From: an uncultured Clostridia bacterium
Lineage (GTDB): Bacteria; Bacillota; Clostridia; TANB77; CAG-508
NCBI GenBank assembly: GCA_963558405.1
Contig: CAUWGC010000010.1
Location: 1-64,000 of the forward strand
Direction of reading: 5' to 3'
Length of the DNA: 64,000 nt
Shown here: piece by piece, positions 50,055 through 60,204 of the stretch
Position numbering within the stretch: the stretch's first letter is position 1
Layout of the letters: every line of letters begins with the position of its first letter
Program-made: the position numbers and the translations under genes
The notes under the pieces: generated by a model
What the model saw: the letters and a program-made list of their open reading frames with translations, nothing else
The model's database searches: none
What the model was told of the DNA's origin: nothing

Positions 50055-50858
50055 ATGTCAATATTACAGGCTCTTATTTTAGGAATTATACAAGGTTTAA
50101 CAGAACTTTTACCAATTTCTAGTTCAGCACATTTAAATATTGTTCCATGGATTTTGGGTTGGACTAAATCAGAAGAATTTATAATTGCATTTGAAGGATT
50201 TGATGTTGCTTTACATTTTGGTACATTACTTGCAATAGGAATATTTTTCTTTAAAGACTGGCTTGATCTTATAAAAGGTGGATGGAATCAAGTGGTAAAA
50301 AAAGAAAAAACTACAGAAGGGAAAATGTTTTGGTATATTGTAATAGCTACTATACCAGGTGGAATAATAGGATTTTTATTAGATTATTTTGTTGAAGATA
50401 TCTTGACAAAACCAATCATTATTGCAATAGCACTTATAGTTATGGGAATTATACTTTATATTGTAGATAAAAATGCAAAATCATCTGTAAAATATGAACA
50501 AATGAATTTTAAACAAACATTTTTAATTGGACTTTCACAAGCATTGGCATTTATTCCAGGAGTATCAAGATCTGGAGTTACAATGACAACAGGAAGATTA
50601 TTAGGTGTAGAAAGAGAATCTTGTGCAAAATATTCTTTTATGTTATCAGCACCAATAGTTTTAGGAGCTACATTATTTAAAATGAAAGATTTTGTTTTTA
50701 ATATTCCATTTTTTATAGGAATATTAGTAAGTTTTATAGTTGGAATTATTGTTATTAAATTTTTATTAAATTATTTAAAAAAAGGAAATTTTAAAATTTT
50801 TGCAATTTATAGAGTATTGTTAGGAATTTTAATTTTAGGATTATTATTAGTTAGATAA
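50055..50858 (+). CDS. uppP: Undecaprenyl-diphosphatase
   Basis: GIIQGLTELLPISSSAH, PGVSRSG, YSFMLS. Confidence 0.95.
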   Translation: MSILQALILGIIQGLTELLPISSSAHLNIVPWILGWTKSEEFIIAFEGFDVALHFGTLLAIGIFFFKDWLDLIKGGWNQVVKKEKTTEGKMFWYIVIATIPGGIIGFLLDYFVEDILTKPIIIAIALIVMGIILYIVDKNAKSSVKYEQMNFKQTFLIGLSQALAFIPGVSRSGVTMTTGRLLGVERESCAKYSFMLSAPIVLGATLFKMKDFVFNIPFFIGILVSFIVGIIVIKFLLNYLKKGNFKIFAIYRVLLGILILGLLLVR

Positions 50859-50893
50859 AAATAAAGGGAAGAACTTAAAAAGTTTCTTCCCTT

Positions 50894-50982
50894 TATTACA
50901 TAATATAATATATTACATTTGTATTACAGTTTTATTACGATTCAATTAAATATATTGACTTTTTACAAAAAAACGATAAAAT
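50894..50982 (+). promoter_or_regulatory. Pilus operon promoter with upstream TATTAC direct repeats
   Basis: TATTAC at 50894, 50911, 50922 and 50933; TTGACT-N16-TAAAAT at 50955..50982. Confidence 0.5.
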
Positions 50983-51120
50983 AAAAGCATAAATTATCTA
51001 ATTATGTTCAAACAAATAAATTAAGAAAAAATTAGAAAAAAATATAAAAATAACAAGTATTTTTTTGTTGATTTTTGTGGAAAATATACATATAAAATTA
51101 AATTTACAAAGGAGAATAAA

Positions 51121-52743
51121 ATGCCAAGTTGTTTAGGGTTATATATTGAAAACAATTTAATAAAATATGCAAAAGTATCTAAAGAACGAGATACTATAAA
51201 AATAGAAGCATTTGGCGTCAAATTTTATGATAAGCTTAATGAAGCAATAAAACAAATTATAAGTGAAACATATAGTTTTAAGATTCCGATTAGCGTTAAT
51301 TTATCACAAGAAATGTATAATTATTTTTATATGTTTAGTCTAATCAATAAAAAAGATATGCAAAAAGCAGTAGAAACTGAATTTGTTTCTTATTGTGCCG
51401 ATAGAGGAATTAATGATAATTCTTTAGAATCTAGATATGTTTTAGTGAACAGCTTTGAAGATAAAGAAAAGATAAAGGTAATTCATGTTTCAACTAATAA
51501 AATGGAAATAAATAAAAGAATTCAACAATTTGAAGGTAATCGTCTAACAACAATTTCTCCACTTTCTATTAGCATAGCTAATTTAGTTGATATCAAACCA
51601 AAAGAAAACATATTGATTGTTAATCTTGAAAACAAAACAACAATAACTAAAATTGTTCAAGAAAAATTATATGATGTCATTACATTAGAACAAGGTGCAT
51701 CAGATATTTTGAATTCTATAAACTTAAAAGAAAATTCTTATTTAAAGTCATATGAAATATGCAAAAATTCTACTATATATACAATGGAAGGAAAAGAACT
51801 ACAAGAAGAGGAAAATTTGTATTTAGAACAAATAATGCCAACTCTTTATAATATTGTTACACAAGTAAAAGAAATAGTAGATGAAAGTTTGAATAAAATT
51901 GATAAAGTATATATTACGGGAACTGCATCTGTAATTAATAATATTGATTTATATTTTCAAGAATATTTAAGGACAACTAAGTGTGAAATATTAAAACCTT
52001 ACTTTATAAATGAATTAACAACGAAAGTAAATATTAAAGATTATATTGAAGTTAATTCAGCAATTGCTTTGGCTCTACAAGGTTTGAGCGAAGGAATTAA
52101 AGGGATGAATTTTAAAAAGCAAACTTTAACAGATAAATTACCAAATTTATTTGGAAGTTCATCTTCAGAAAATAAAAACAGTAAGAATAATTCAAAAAAT
52201 AAAATATCAATAAGAAATGATTTAGGAGAACAATTAGACAAAACTGAGACAGGATTATTAACATTTGCAATTGGAATTTTAACTATAATATTAGTATATG
52301 GTGGATTTTCTATAACATTAGAAAATATGTATAATGACAAAGATTTAGAAATTGAGCAATATATTTCAAATACAACAAAAGAAATTGGAAAGGTACAAAG
52401 CGATATTGATAGCTTAAAAGAGAGTCAGGCAAGTTACGAAAAATTGTCAAGAAACCTAGAAGAAATGGCTGAAAAAGTTAATACTATTAATCAAAGTAAA
52501 AATGCAATTCCAACGCTTTTAAGTCAAATTATGGTAAGAGTTCCAGAAGGTGTACAAGTTACAGCTATAGAAAATTTTTCAGATAATAAAATTAGAATAA
52601 ATGCTCAGTCAACACAATATGAGCAATTAGGGTATTTTAAATCAGCAATAAAAACAAATGAAATATTGTACAATGTAGTGTCACAACAAATGTATAAAGA
52701 AGGAGACATTGTTAAAACTGTTATAGAAGGTGAGTTGCCATGA
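51121..52743 (+). CDS. PilM-like actin-fold domain fused to a TM segment and PilN-like domain
   Basis: LGLYIENNLIKY, VYITGTASVINNI, AIALAL (PilM), then TM, coiled coil and VPEGVQVTAI (PilN); first gene of the pilus cluster. Confidence 0.65.
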   Translation: MPSCLGLYIENNLIKYAKVSKERDTIKIEAFGVKFYDKLNEAIKQIISETYSFKIPISVNLSQEMYNYFYMFSLINKKDMQKAVETEFVSYCADRGINDNSLESRYVLVNSFEDKEKIKVIHVSTNKMEINKRIQQFEGNRLTTISPLSISIANLVDIKPKENILIVNLENKTTITKIVQEKLYDVITLEQGASDILNSINLKENSYLKSYEICKNSTIYTMEGKELQEEENLYLEQIMPTLYNIVTQVKEIVDESLNKIDKVYITGTASVINNIDLYFQEYLRTTKCEILKPYFINELTTKVNIKDYIEVNSAIALALQGLSEGIKGMNFKKQTLTDKLPNLFGSSSSENKNSKNNSKNKISIRNDLGEQLDKTETGLLTFAIGILTIILVYGGFSITLENMYNDKDLEIEQYISNTTKEIGKVQSDIDSLKESQASYEKLSRNLEEMAEKVNTINQSKNAIPTLLSQIMVRVPEGVQVTAIENFSDNKIRINAQSTQYEQLGYFKSAIKTNEILYNVVSQQMYKEGDIVKTVIEGELP

Positions 52744-53426
52744 AAAAAATTCTAATATTAGTAATTATTTTATTGCTTGCAGTATTATGCGTATATGTGG
52801 GATTAAATGGTATATCACTTGGTAATTTTCATGTTTTAAGTATAAAACAAATACAAGAAAGAAATAATAATACAGATAAATTAATTATACAAGCAGATAA
52901 ACTTGCAAATTCTGATTATTTAGCTGCAATGAAAAATTTAAAAACTCAACAAGATAATGTAAAAAAAGCAAAGCAAGACTATTTAGACAAAGCAAGTATT
53001 AGTACTGAAGAAGAATTAAAATTAGCTTACCAAGAGATATCATATGAATTAGAAACATTGCAAGTAAAAATTGGAAATCATGCTCGTAAAAATAGTGTAA
53101 ATATAGACATGAGAATTACAAATAGTAGCAAATCTACTAACAATATTAACTTATTTAATATTGACTTTGTAGTAAATGGACAATATGTAAGCATTTCTGA
53201 TTTTGTTTATGCACTTGAAAATGATTCAGAATTAGGATTTAAAATAGAAAATTTTAAAATGGTTCCTGGTTCATCAGATTCTAATTTACAAGCAAGTTTT
53301 AGAGTGTCAGATATTGCAATTAATATTGATCAATCTATGGTCCAAAATTCCTCATTGAATGAGCAAAAAAATGAAAATGAAAATGTAAAAACAACAAATA
53401 CTGCAAATGATAAAACTCAACAATAA
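52740..53426 (+). CDS. PilO-like pilus assembly protein
   Basis: N-terminal TM, coiled coil, FVVNGQYVSISDFVYALEN; ATGA overlap with the upstream gene. Confidence 0.6.
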   Translation: MKKILILVIILLLAVLCVYVGLNGISLGNFHVLSIKQIQERNNNTDKLIIQADKLANSDYLAAMKNLKTQQDNVKKAKQDYLDKASISTEEELKLAYQEISYELETLQVKIGNHARKNSVNIDMRITNSSKSTNNINLFNIDFVVNGQYVSISDFVYALENDSELGFKIENFKMVPGSSDSNLQASFRVSDIAINIDQSMVQNSSLNEQKNENENVKTTNTANDKTQQ

Positions 53427-53447
53427 GGAAAGGAAGGAACATAAAAT

Positions 53448-53834
53448 ATGAAATTAAAAAAAATATTGAAAGAAATTTTTATAACTATATTATTAGCTAT
53501 TGCTATTATACTTATTTTAGGCGTATTATTTTATAGTTATATACCAACAAATAAACTATTGCCTGGACAAGTTGCATATACACCAACTAAAGAAGTTAAT
53601 GAATTAAAAGAGCAAGCACAGGCAGAAGAAAATATGCAAAAGGTAAATATTGTGTATGAAGTAGATGCTTCAGACCTAAAAGTTTATCAAAATAGTGGAA
53701 GCTATAATCCAGGAAAGGTAAATCCTTTTGCAAATATTTCAGAAGAGCCATCTGGAAATGGAAATACAGAAGAAACCGGTTCAAATGATAAAAATGAAAC
53801 TGGAAATTATTATCCAAACAAAGGTGGAAAATAA
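53448..53834 (+). CDS. Membrane-anchored pilus-associated protein
   Basis: Single TM segment, GKVNPF motif; located in the pilus operon. Confidence 0.5.
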   Translation: MKLKKILKEIFITILLAIAIILILGVLFYSYIPTNKLLPGQVAYTPTKEVNELKEQAQAEENMQKVNIVYEVDASDLKVYQNSGSYNPGKVNPFANISEEPSGNGNTEETGSNDKNETGNYYPNKGGK

Positions 53835-53896
53835 ATTTAGGTTATATTTATTATTTATATAGATATACACAAAACAAACTATAAGGAGGAATTTTT

Positions 53897-54109
53897 ATGT
53901 TTAAGAAAGAAAAGGGTATTACATTAGTAGCTTTAATTATTACAATTATTGTTTTAATTATCCTAGCAGGTGTAACTATTTCATTAGTTGTTGGAGATAA
54001 TGGAATTATCCAAAAATCTAAAAATGCTAAAACAAATATGTTAAATGCTCAAAACTTAGAAAATGAACAATTACACAATGCTGAAAATGTAATAAATGGA
54101 TTAAAATAA
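53897..54109 (+). CDS. Short type IV pilin, probable major pilin
   Basis: KKEKG|ITLVALIITIIVLIILAGV; strong AAGGAGG RBS; followed by a long stem (54156..54193). Confidence 0.8.
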   Translation: MFKKEKGITLVALIITIIVLIILAGVTISLVVGDNGIIQKSKNAKTNMLNAQNLENEQLHNAENVINGLK

Positions 54110-54219
54110 TATGTATTAATATTATATTTAAATAACAAAATATTATATAAGATCATTGGCATATGCATTATAATTTAATAATGTATATGCCAAGTTTAAA
54201 TTAAGTAAGAGGAAAAAAA

Positions 54220-55041
54220 ATGGAATTAATTATTTATTTTTTAATTTTTATAATGGGGAGTTTTTTTGGTAGCTTTTTTACATTAGCAGTTTATAGAATA
54301 CCACTAAAACAAGATATAATTCACAAACATTCTTATTGTCCTAATTGTAATCATAAATTAGGAACATTTGATTTAATTCCTATTTTTAGTTATATTTTTT
54401 TAAAAGGAAAATGTAGATATTGTAATACAAAAATAAGACCAAGATATTTCTTACTTGAAATTTTTTCAGGAACAATTTTTTTACTATTAGCTCTTTCTAT
54501 TAGAATTAATTTTTATGAATTAGAAATAGCAAAATTAATTTATTTTATATTTGGAACAATGTATGTTTCTACATTGTTTATTATTGCTGGAATAGATAAA
54601 GAAAAAAAATATATTTCTAAAAGTGTATTATTATTTGGAATAATTACAACAGTTATATATATGATTTATCTATATATACTAGAAAATGCTAATATATATA
54701 GATATGTTATATATTTGATTATTATTTGTATAATTATTTTAATGCAGACAATTAAACTTAAAAAAAAAGGAAAAGAAGATTATTGGATGCAAATGATTAC
54801 ATTAATTATTTATACAGTTTTATTTACAGGAGAATATATTTTTGTAATTAGTGCTATTATATTTTTAATTCTTATTCCAATAATATCATATTTAAACAAA
54901 AAATTTAATAAAAAAACAAAATATGTAAAAAGTAATAAAATGATACTTCAAAATTTTCCTTTTGGATTTTACTATATCACAATTAATTTAATTATTTGGA
55001 TTATGACAAACTTTTATATTACATATATATTTGGGGGATAA
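54220..55041 (+). CDS. pilD: Prepilin peptidase
   Basis: GSFFTLAVYRIP, SYCPNCNHKL...DLIPIFSY..LKGKCRYC, AGID. Confidence 0.85.
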   Translation: MELIIYFLIFIMGSFFGSFFTLAVYRIPLKQDIIHKHSYCPNCNHKLGTFDLIPIFSYIFLKGKCRYCNTKIRPRYFLLEIFSGTIFLLLALSIRINFYELEIAKLIYFIFGTMYVSTLFIIAGIDKEKKYISKSVLLFGIITTVIYMIYLYILENANIYRYVIYLIIICIIILMQTIKLKKKGKEDYWMQMITLIIYTVLFTGEYIFVISAIIFLILIPIISYLNKKFNKKTKYVKSNKMILQNFPFGFYYITINLIIWIMTNFYITYIFGG

Positions 55042-55042
55042 A

Positions 55043-55450
55043 ATGATTATAAAAAAAGTAAAACAAGAGAAAGGAATTGCAGGAACAGATATAATAGTTG
55101 CAATAATGATTATTGTATTATTTTCTGCTATAGTAGTAGGTGGAATGTATAATGCTTTTTATATATCTGCCGAAAATGATTATACTGCAATAGCAGTTAG
55201 TTATGTAATACAATTTTTTGAACTTATTGATAAAATGGATTATGATTCTGTAACCGTAGAAAATTTGGAAAGTATTAGAGATAAATCAAATGTTAGTTCT
55301 GACTTTGATATTAGTTTTAATGTAGAAAAATATCAAGACACTCATGAAGGAGCTAAAGATTTAATAAAAACAGTAAAAATAACAATAAATTACTCAGTAT
55401 TAAAAAAAGAACAAACAATAGAAATGAGCAAATTAAAAATAAAAGAATAG
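55043..55450 (+). CDS. Minor pilin-like protein
   Basis: KQEKG|IAGTDIIVAIMII class III signal. Confidence 0.7.
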   Translation: MIIKKVKQEKGIAGTDIIVAIMIIVLFSAIVVGGMYNAFYISAENDYTAIAVSYVIQFFELIDKMDYDSVTVENLESIRDKSNVSSDFDISFNVEKYQDTHEGAKDLIKTVKITINYSVLKKEQTIEMSKLKIKE

Positions 55451-55459
55451 GGAGGAAAT

Positions 55460-55891
55460 ATGCGCTCAGAAAAAGGAATAACTTTAACATCATTGGTGAC
55501 ATATGTTCTTGGAATAACAATAATTATTAGTATTATTACAATTATGAGTACTTATTTTTATAAAAACATAAAAATAGTAAATGATAGTGGAAAAAACTCA
55601 GAAAAATATACAGCTTTTAATATGTTTTTTTTACAAGATATAAAAAATGAAAAAATTACAATTGCTGAATGTACGGGGGACAAAATTATTTTTTCTAATG
55701 GTGTTAATTATCAGTATTATAAAAATAGAATATATAGAAATGGTGTTGAAATATTAAATGGAATTGAACTTTTAAATTTTAAAACAAAAAAGGACGATTC
55801 TGGAAAAAAAGACATTGTAACAGTAAGTATTGCAATATCTGGAAATAGAAAATTAACCAGATCTGTTGACTATGTACTTAGATACTGGTAA
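55460..55891 (+). CDS. Minor pilin-like protein
   Basis: RSEKG|ITLTSLVTYVLGI class III signal. Confidence 0.7.
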   Translation: MRSEKGITLTSLVTYVLGITIIISIITIMSTYFYKNIKIVNDSGKNSEKYTAFNMFFLQDIKNEKITIAECTGDKIIFSNGVNYQYYKNRIYRNGVEILNGIELLNFKTKKDDSGKKDIVTVSIAISGNRKLTRSVDYVLRYW

Positions 55892-55977
55892 ATTAATGTA
55901 AAATAAAAAAATACTTTTGTAAAATAAAAAATTAGAGTATAATAAAATAGAGAACGATAAACGAAGGAGGAAAAGAT

Positions 55978-57606
55978 ATGGATTCAAGAAAAAGACAACC
56001 TATTGGTATTGAACTTGTAAAAAGAGGTTTAGTAACAGAAACAGAAATAGAAAAAGCTTTAACATATCAAAAACAATATCCAAATAAAAAATTGGGTGAT
56101 ATAATTAGTTTACTTGGATTTTGTGATAATACATTATTAATCCAAACAATAGGAGAAATATTAGATGAAAAAGCAATTTATTTAACAAGTAAAGATATTA
56201 ATTTAAATGTTACTGATTATATTTCAATTGATATTGCAAAAAATAATAAAGCGATACCATTTGATATTTCTTCAGGAAGAATAAAGGTTTGCTTTGCTGA
56301 TACTTCAAATAAAAGAGCAATAGAAACAATTCGTTTATTATTATTAAATAAAGGATTAGTAATGGAAAAATATATTACTTTTGAAAGTAATATAGAAAAA
56401 ATATTAACATCTTTAGAAGGTGTTGCAAATGAAAAAATTAATACAAATAGTAATATTACAGAATTAGTTGATAGTATTATAAAAACAGCAATGGAAAAAA
56501 GAGCAAGCGATATTCATATAGAACCAATGGAACATGAAGTTAGAGTTAGATATAGAATAGATGGTGAACTTTATACAGCAGTTACAATTGAAAGTGAAAA
56601 ACAGTCACAATTAATAGGTAGACTAAAAGCTATTTCAAATATGCACCAAGAAAAACAAGAATCTCAAGATGGTAGAATTTTATTATATCCAGATTATAAT
56701 ATACGTGTTTCTTCACAAAAAAATGTATATGGAGAAAAATTTGTTTTAAGATTACTTAAAAAAAATGAAGATATAAAAAGACTATTTGAATTAGGTTTTC
56801 CAGATGATGAAAAACTTGTAAATAAGGCATTTAACAAAAGAAACAGTATTACTTTAGTTGCTGCACCAACAGGTGAAGGTAAAACAACTACATTATATAG
56901 TATTATAGATTATTTAAACAGACCAGAAATTAATATAACAACAATTGAAGACCCAGTAGAAATCAGAATTGAAGGGCTAAATCAAATAGAAATAGATCCT
57001 AGAACAACATTTTCTGATTCACTAAGAACAGTTTTAAGACAAGATCCAGACATCATATTAGTAGGAGAAATTCGTGATACAGAAACAGCAGAAATTGCTA
57101 TGCAAGCTGGACAAACGGGTCACTATGTATTATCTACTATACATACAATTGATAGTATAGAGGTTTTAACAAGATTAAGAAAAATGGGAATTTCTAATTA
57201 TGATATTGCAAGTACACTAGCTACTTCTGTTTCACAAAGATTAGTAAGAAGAATATGTCCACATTGTAGAAAAGAAAGAGAATATACACAAGAAGAAAAA
57301 GAATTAATAGAATCTATTGCTAAAAGATATAAATTATCAATTGATTTAACAGACAAAAAAACATATGATGCTGTTGGCTGTCCAAAATGTAATAATTCAG
57401 GATATTATGATAGAATTGCAGTTTTTGAAATATTAGTTTTAACCGATAAAATTCGTGAAATGATTGTAAATAATAGTTCTGCAATAGAAATTAGACAACA
57501 GGCAATGAATGAAGGATACGAGCCATTGATTATAGATGGAATTAGAAAAGTTATAAATGGAACAACAACATTACAAGAATTAAATAGAAAACTGGTAATT
57601 TATTAA
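55978..57606 (+). CDS. pilB: Pilus assembly ATPase PilB (GspE family)
   Basis: ASDIHIEP, PTGEGKTTT, TIEDPVE, LRQDPDIILVGEIRD, CPHC...CPKC. Confidence 0.92.
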   Translation: MDSRKRQPIGIELVKRGLVTETEIEKALTYQKQYPNKKLGDIISLLGFCDNTLLIQTIGEILDEKAIYLTSKDINLNVTDYISIDIAKNNKAIPFDISSGRIKVCFADTSNKRAIETIRLLLLNKGLVMEKYITFESNIEKILTSLEGVANEKINTNSNITELVDSIIKTAMEKRASDIHIEPMEHEVRVRYRIDGELYTAVTIESEKQSQLIGRLKAISNMHQEKQESQDGRILLYPDYNIRVSSQKNVYGEKFVLRLLKKNEDIKRLFELGFPDDEKLVNKAFNKRNSITLVAAPTGEGKTTTLYSIIDYLNRPEINITTIEDPVEIRIEGLNQIEIDPRTTFSDSLRTVLRQDPDIILVGEIRDTETAEIAMQAGQTGHYVLSTIHTIDSIEVLTRLRKMGISNYDIASTLATSVSQRLVRRICPHCRKEREYTQEEKELIESIAKRYKLSIDLTDKKTYDAVGCPKCNNSGYYDRIAVFEILVLTDKIREMIVNNSSAIEIRQQAMNEGYEPLIIDGIRKVINGTTTLQELNRKLVIY

Positions 57607-57650
57607 TTAAATTTTAACAGTTATGTTTTTTGTTTGGAGGAGGAATACTA

Positions 57651-58757
57651 ATGATAGATATAGATAAAATTTTAGACATCGCGATACAAAAAGATGCATC
57701 AGATATACATTTGATTTGTGATTTAAAACCAATGTTAAGAATTTTAAGAGATTTAATACCTATAGAACAAATGGATATATTAACATCAGATGATTTATAT
57801 GAAATATATGATTATTTGGTTAGAGGTAATTTAGATAAAGATAAGGTATTTAAAGAAACAAAAAAATTAGATACATCATTTGAATATAAAGATATTAGAC
57901 TAAGGGTAAATATTTCTTTATCAAATGAAGTTCCAGTTTTTACATTAAGATTAATAAAAAATACCTTACCAAAATATGAAGATCTTGGTCTTCCAGATAT
58001 TATAAGAAGAATGACATACCAGCCACAAGGACTTATACTAGTTACAGGAAAAACAAACTCTGGTAAGACAACAACTCTAAATGCTTTAATAAATGAAATT
58101 AATGAAAAACAAAATAAAAAAATATTAACTCTTGAAAATCCAATAGAATATAAGCATGTTTCAAAAAAGTCAGTTATTGTACAAAAAGAAATAGGTGAAG
58201 GAAGAGATTGCTTAAATTTTAGTGATGGAGTAAAGAATTCATTAAGAGAAGATTGTGATATTTTAGTTATAGGAGAAATAAGAGATAGAGAAACAATGGA
58301 TGCAGCCATAGAAACAGCTGAATCTGGTCATTTAGTAATAGGAACTTTGCACACAAAATCATGTGCAGAAACCATTGATAGAATGATTAACTTTTATGAT
58401 GTAAAAGATCAAACAAGTATAAAATATTTAATATCAGCATTATTAAAATTAGTAGTTTCACAAAGGCTTTTAAAAGGATCAAATGGTCAATTAGTATTAG
58501 TACCTGAAGTAATGGTAGTAGACAATATCATATCTGGAATAATAAGAAAAGATAAAATTAGTGTTTCAGAAATTGAAGATGCTATACAAAGTAACTTAGA
58601 AAAAGGAAGTATAGGATTGATTAATTCAATTGCAAAATTATTTGTAGAAGATGTAATTACATTGGAACAAGCAAAAGCACAAATAGAAGAAAAGAATATT
58701 GAAACATTAAATAGAACTATTATGCAACTAAGAATACATAAGAGTAATCAACTATAA
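57651..58757 (+). CDS. pilT: PilT-like retraction ATPase
   Basis: ASDIHL, GKTNSGKTTT, TLENPIE, LREDCDILVIGEIRD, AESGHLVIGTLH. Confidence 0.85.
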   Translation: MIDIDKILDIAIQKDASDIHLICDLKPMLRILRDLIPIEQMDILTSDDLYEIYDYLVRGNLDKDKVFKETKKLDTSFEYKDIRLRVNISLSNEVPVFTLRLIKNTLPKYEDLGLPDIIRRMTYQPQGLILVTGKTNSGKTTTLNALINEINEKQNKKILTLENPIEYKHVSKKSVIVQKEIGEGRDCLNFSDGVKNSLREDCDILVIGEIRDRETMDAAIETAESGHLVIGTLHTKSCAETIDRMINFYDVKDQTSIKYLISALLKLVVSQRLLKGSNGQLVLVPEVMVVDNIISGIIRKDKISVSEIEDAIQSNLEKGSIGLINSIAKLFVEDVITLEQAKAQIEEKNIETLNRTIMQLRIHKSNQL

Positions 58758-58778
58758 TAATTTAAAGGAGGTTTTACA

Positions 58779-60143
58779 GTGCCCGAGTTTATTTATAAAG
58801 CAGTAAACAAAAATGGTGTTATTATAAAAAATAGAGTAGAAGATGTTAGTAAACAAGCTCTAATTAAGCGTCTAAAGAATAATGATTTAATGCCAATTAG
58901 TGTAATATCTCATGATGTTTTGAAAAATAAAAATAAATCAAAAGCAAGAAAAAGAAATATAAATAATGTAGAAGAAATTTTAAAAAATGTAAATACGGCT
59001 AATTTAGCACAAAGTAGAGGAAGAAAAGTATCTACTATAGATAAAATTAACATGGCACTGTCTAAAACTGAGCCACTTACTATTCGAGATTTATCTATTT
59101 TTACTCAAAATTTTTATTTGTTAAAAAAAGCAAATTTTAATAATATACATGCATTAACAACAATATTAGAAAGTACAGAAAACCTAACATTACGAACGAT
59201 ACTAGAAGATATTGTAGCTGGTGTAGAAGCTGGTGAAAATATGTATGTAACAATGGAATATTATTCAAATATATTTCCAGATATATTTTCATACGTGTAT
59301 GTCAACATGATTAAAGTAGGGGAATTATCAGGATCACTAACAAATTCTTTAATGCAGGCTGTAAAGTATTTGGATGATACTGAAAAATTAAGAAAAAGAT
59401 TAAGATCTATCTTAATTCCAAATATTATTCAATTTGTATTGTTATTAGTTATGCTAATTGCAGGTACATTAGTAGCTATACCAGCTATTCAGGGAGTATT
59501 TGATGCAGTAGGTTCAACTGATACGTTACCAGGAATAACAATATGGTTTTCAAATTTTATTAACAAGGTTATTGAATATTGGTATATTCCAACAGCTTTT
59601 ATAGGAGCTATTGTTTTAGGAATAGTATTTTATATTAATACTCCAAAGGGTCAATATAATTTTGACTATTTTAAATACGTAATGCCAGTGTTTGGAAAAT
59701 TAATTTATTCAATAGATTTTACAAGATTAATGAGAGCAATGCTTCTTAATTTAAAAAATGGAATGAGAATTCAAGATTCATTAGAAGTTAGTAAAAATGT
59801 TGTAGAAAATTATGTTATGCTATCAATTGTAGAAACAGCAATTAATAATATATATGTAGGTGGTTCATGGATAGAGCCATTTGAAAAAGCTGGACTATCT
59901 AGTGCAATGACAACTGAAATGTTAAAAATAGGTATGCAGACAGATTTATCAGAAATGATGGATAAACTTCTAGAATATATGGAAATTGATATAGATAATA
60001 CAATGGAAAAAATAATGAAGACATTACCACAAATTATATACATGATAGTTGGTGTTGTACTAATATTCTTCGTACTAGTTGTATTAGTTCCTTGTATTCA
60101 AGTATATATGGGTAACTTTTTATTCTCAGCAGCAGGAGTATAA
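58779..60143 (+). CDS. pilC: Pilus platform protein PilC (GspF family)
   Basis: FIYKAVN, MIKVGELSGSL, two GspF domains with three TM segments. Confidence 0.88.
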   Translation: MPEFIYKAVNKNGVIIKNRVEDVSKQALIKRLKNNDLMPISVISHDVLKNKNKSKARKRNINNVEEILKNVNTANLAQSRGRKVSTIDKINMALSKTEPLTIRDLSIFTQNFYLLKKANFNNIHALTTILESTENLTLRTILEDIVAGVEAGENMYVTMEYYSNIFPDIFSYVYVNMIKVGELSGSLTNSLMQAVKYLDDTEKLRKRLRSILIPNIIQFVLLLVMLIAGTLVAIPAIQGVFDAVGSTDTLPGITIWFSNFINKVIEYWYIPTAFIGAIVLGIVFYINTPKGQYNFDYFKYVMPVFGKLIYSIDFTRLMRAMLLNLKNGMRIQDSLEVSKNVVENYVMLSIVETAINNIYVGGSWIEPFEKAGLSSAMTTEMLKIGMQTDLSEMMDKLLEYMEIDIDNTMEKIMKTLPQIIYMIVGVVLIFFVLVVLVPCIQVYMGNFLFSAAGV

Positions 60144-60204
60144 AATACGAAAAAAAGACAGGAAAAATTTTACCTGTCTTTATTTATAAGAAAAGAGGAA
60201 AAAT

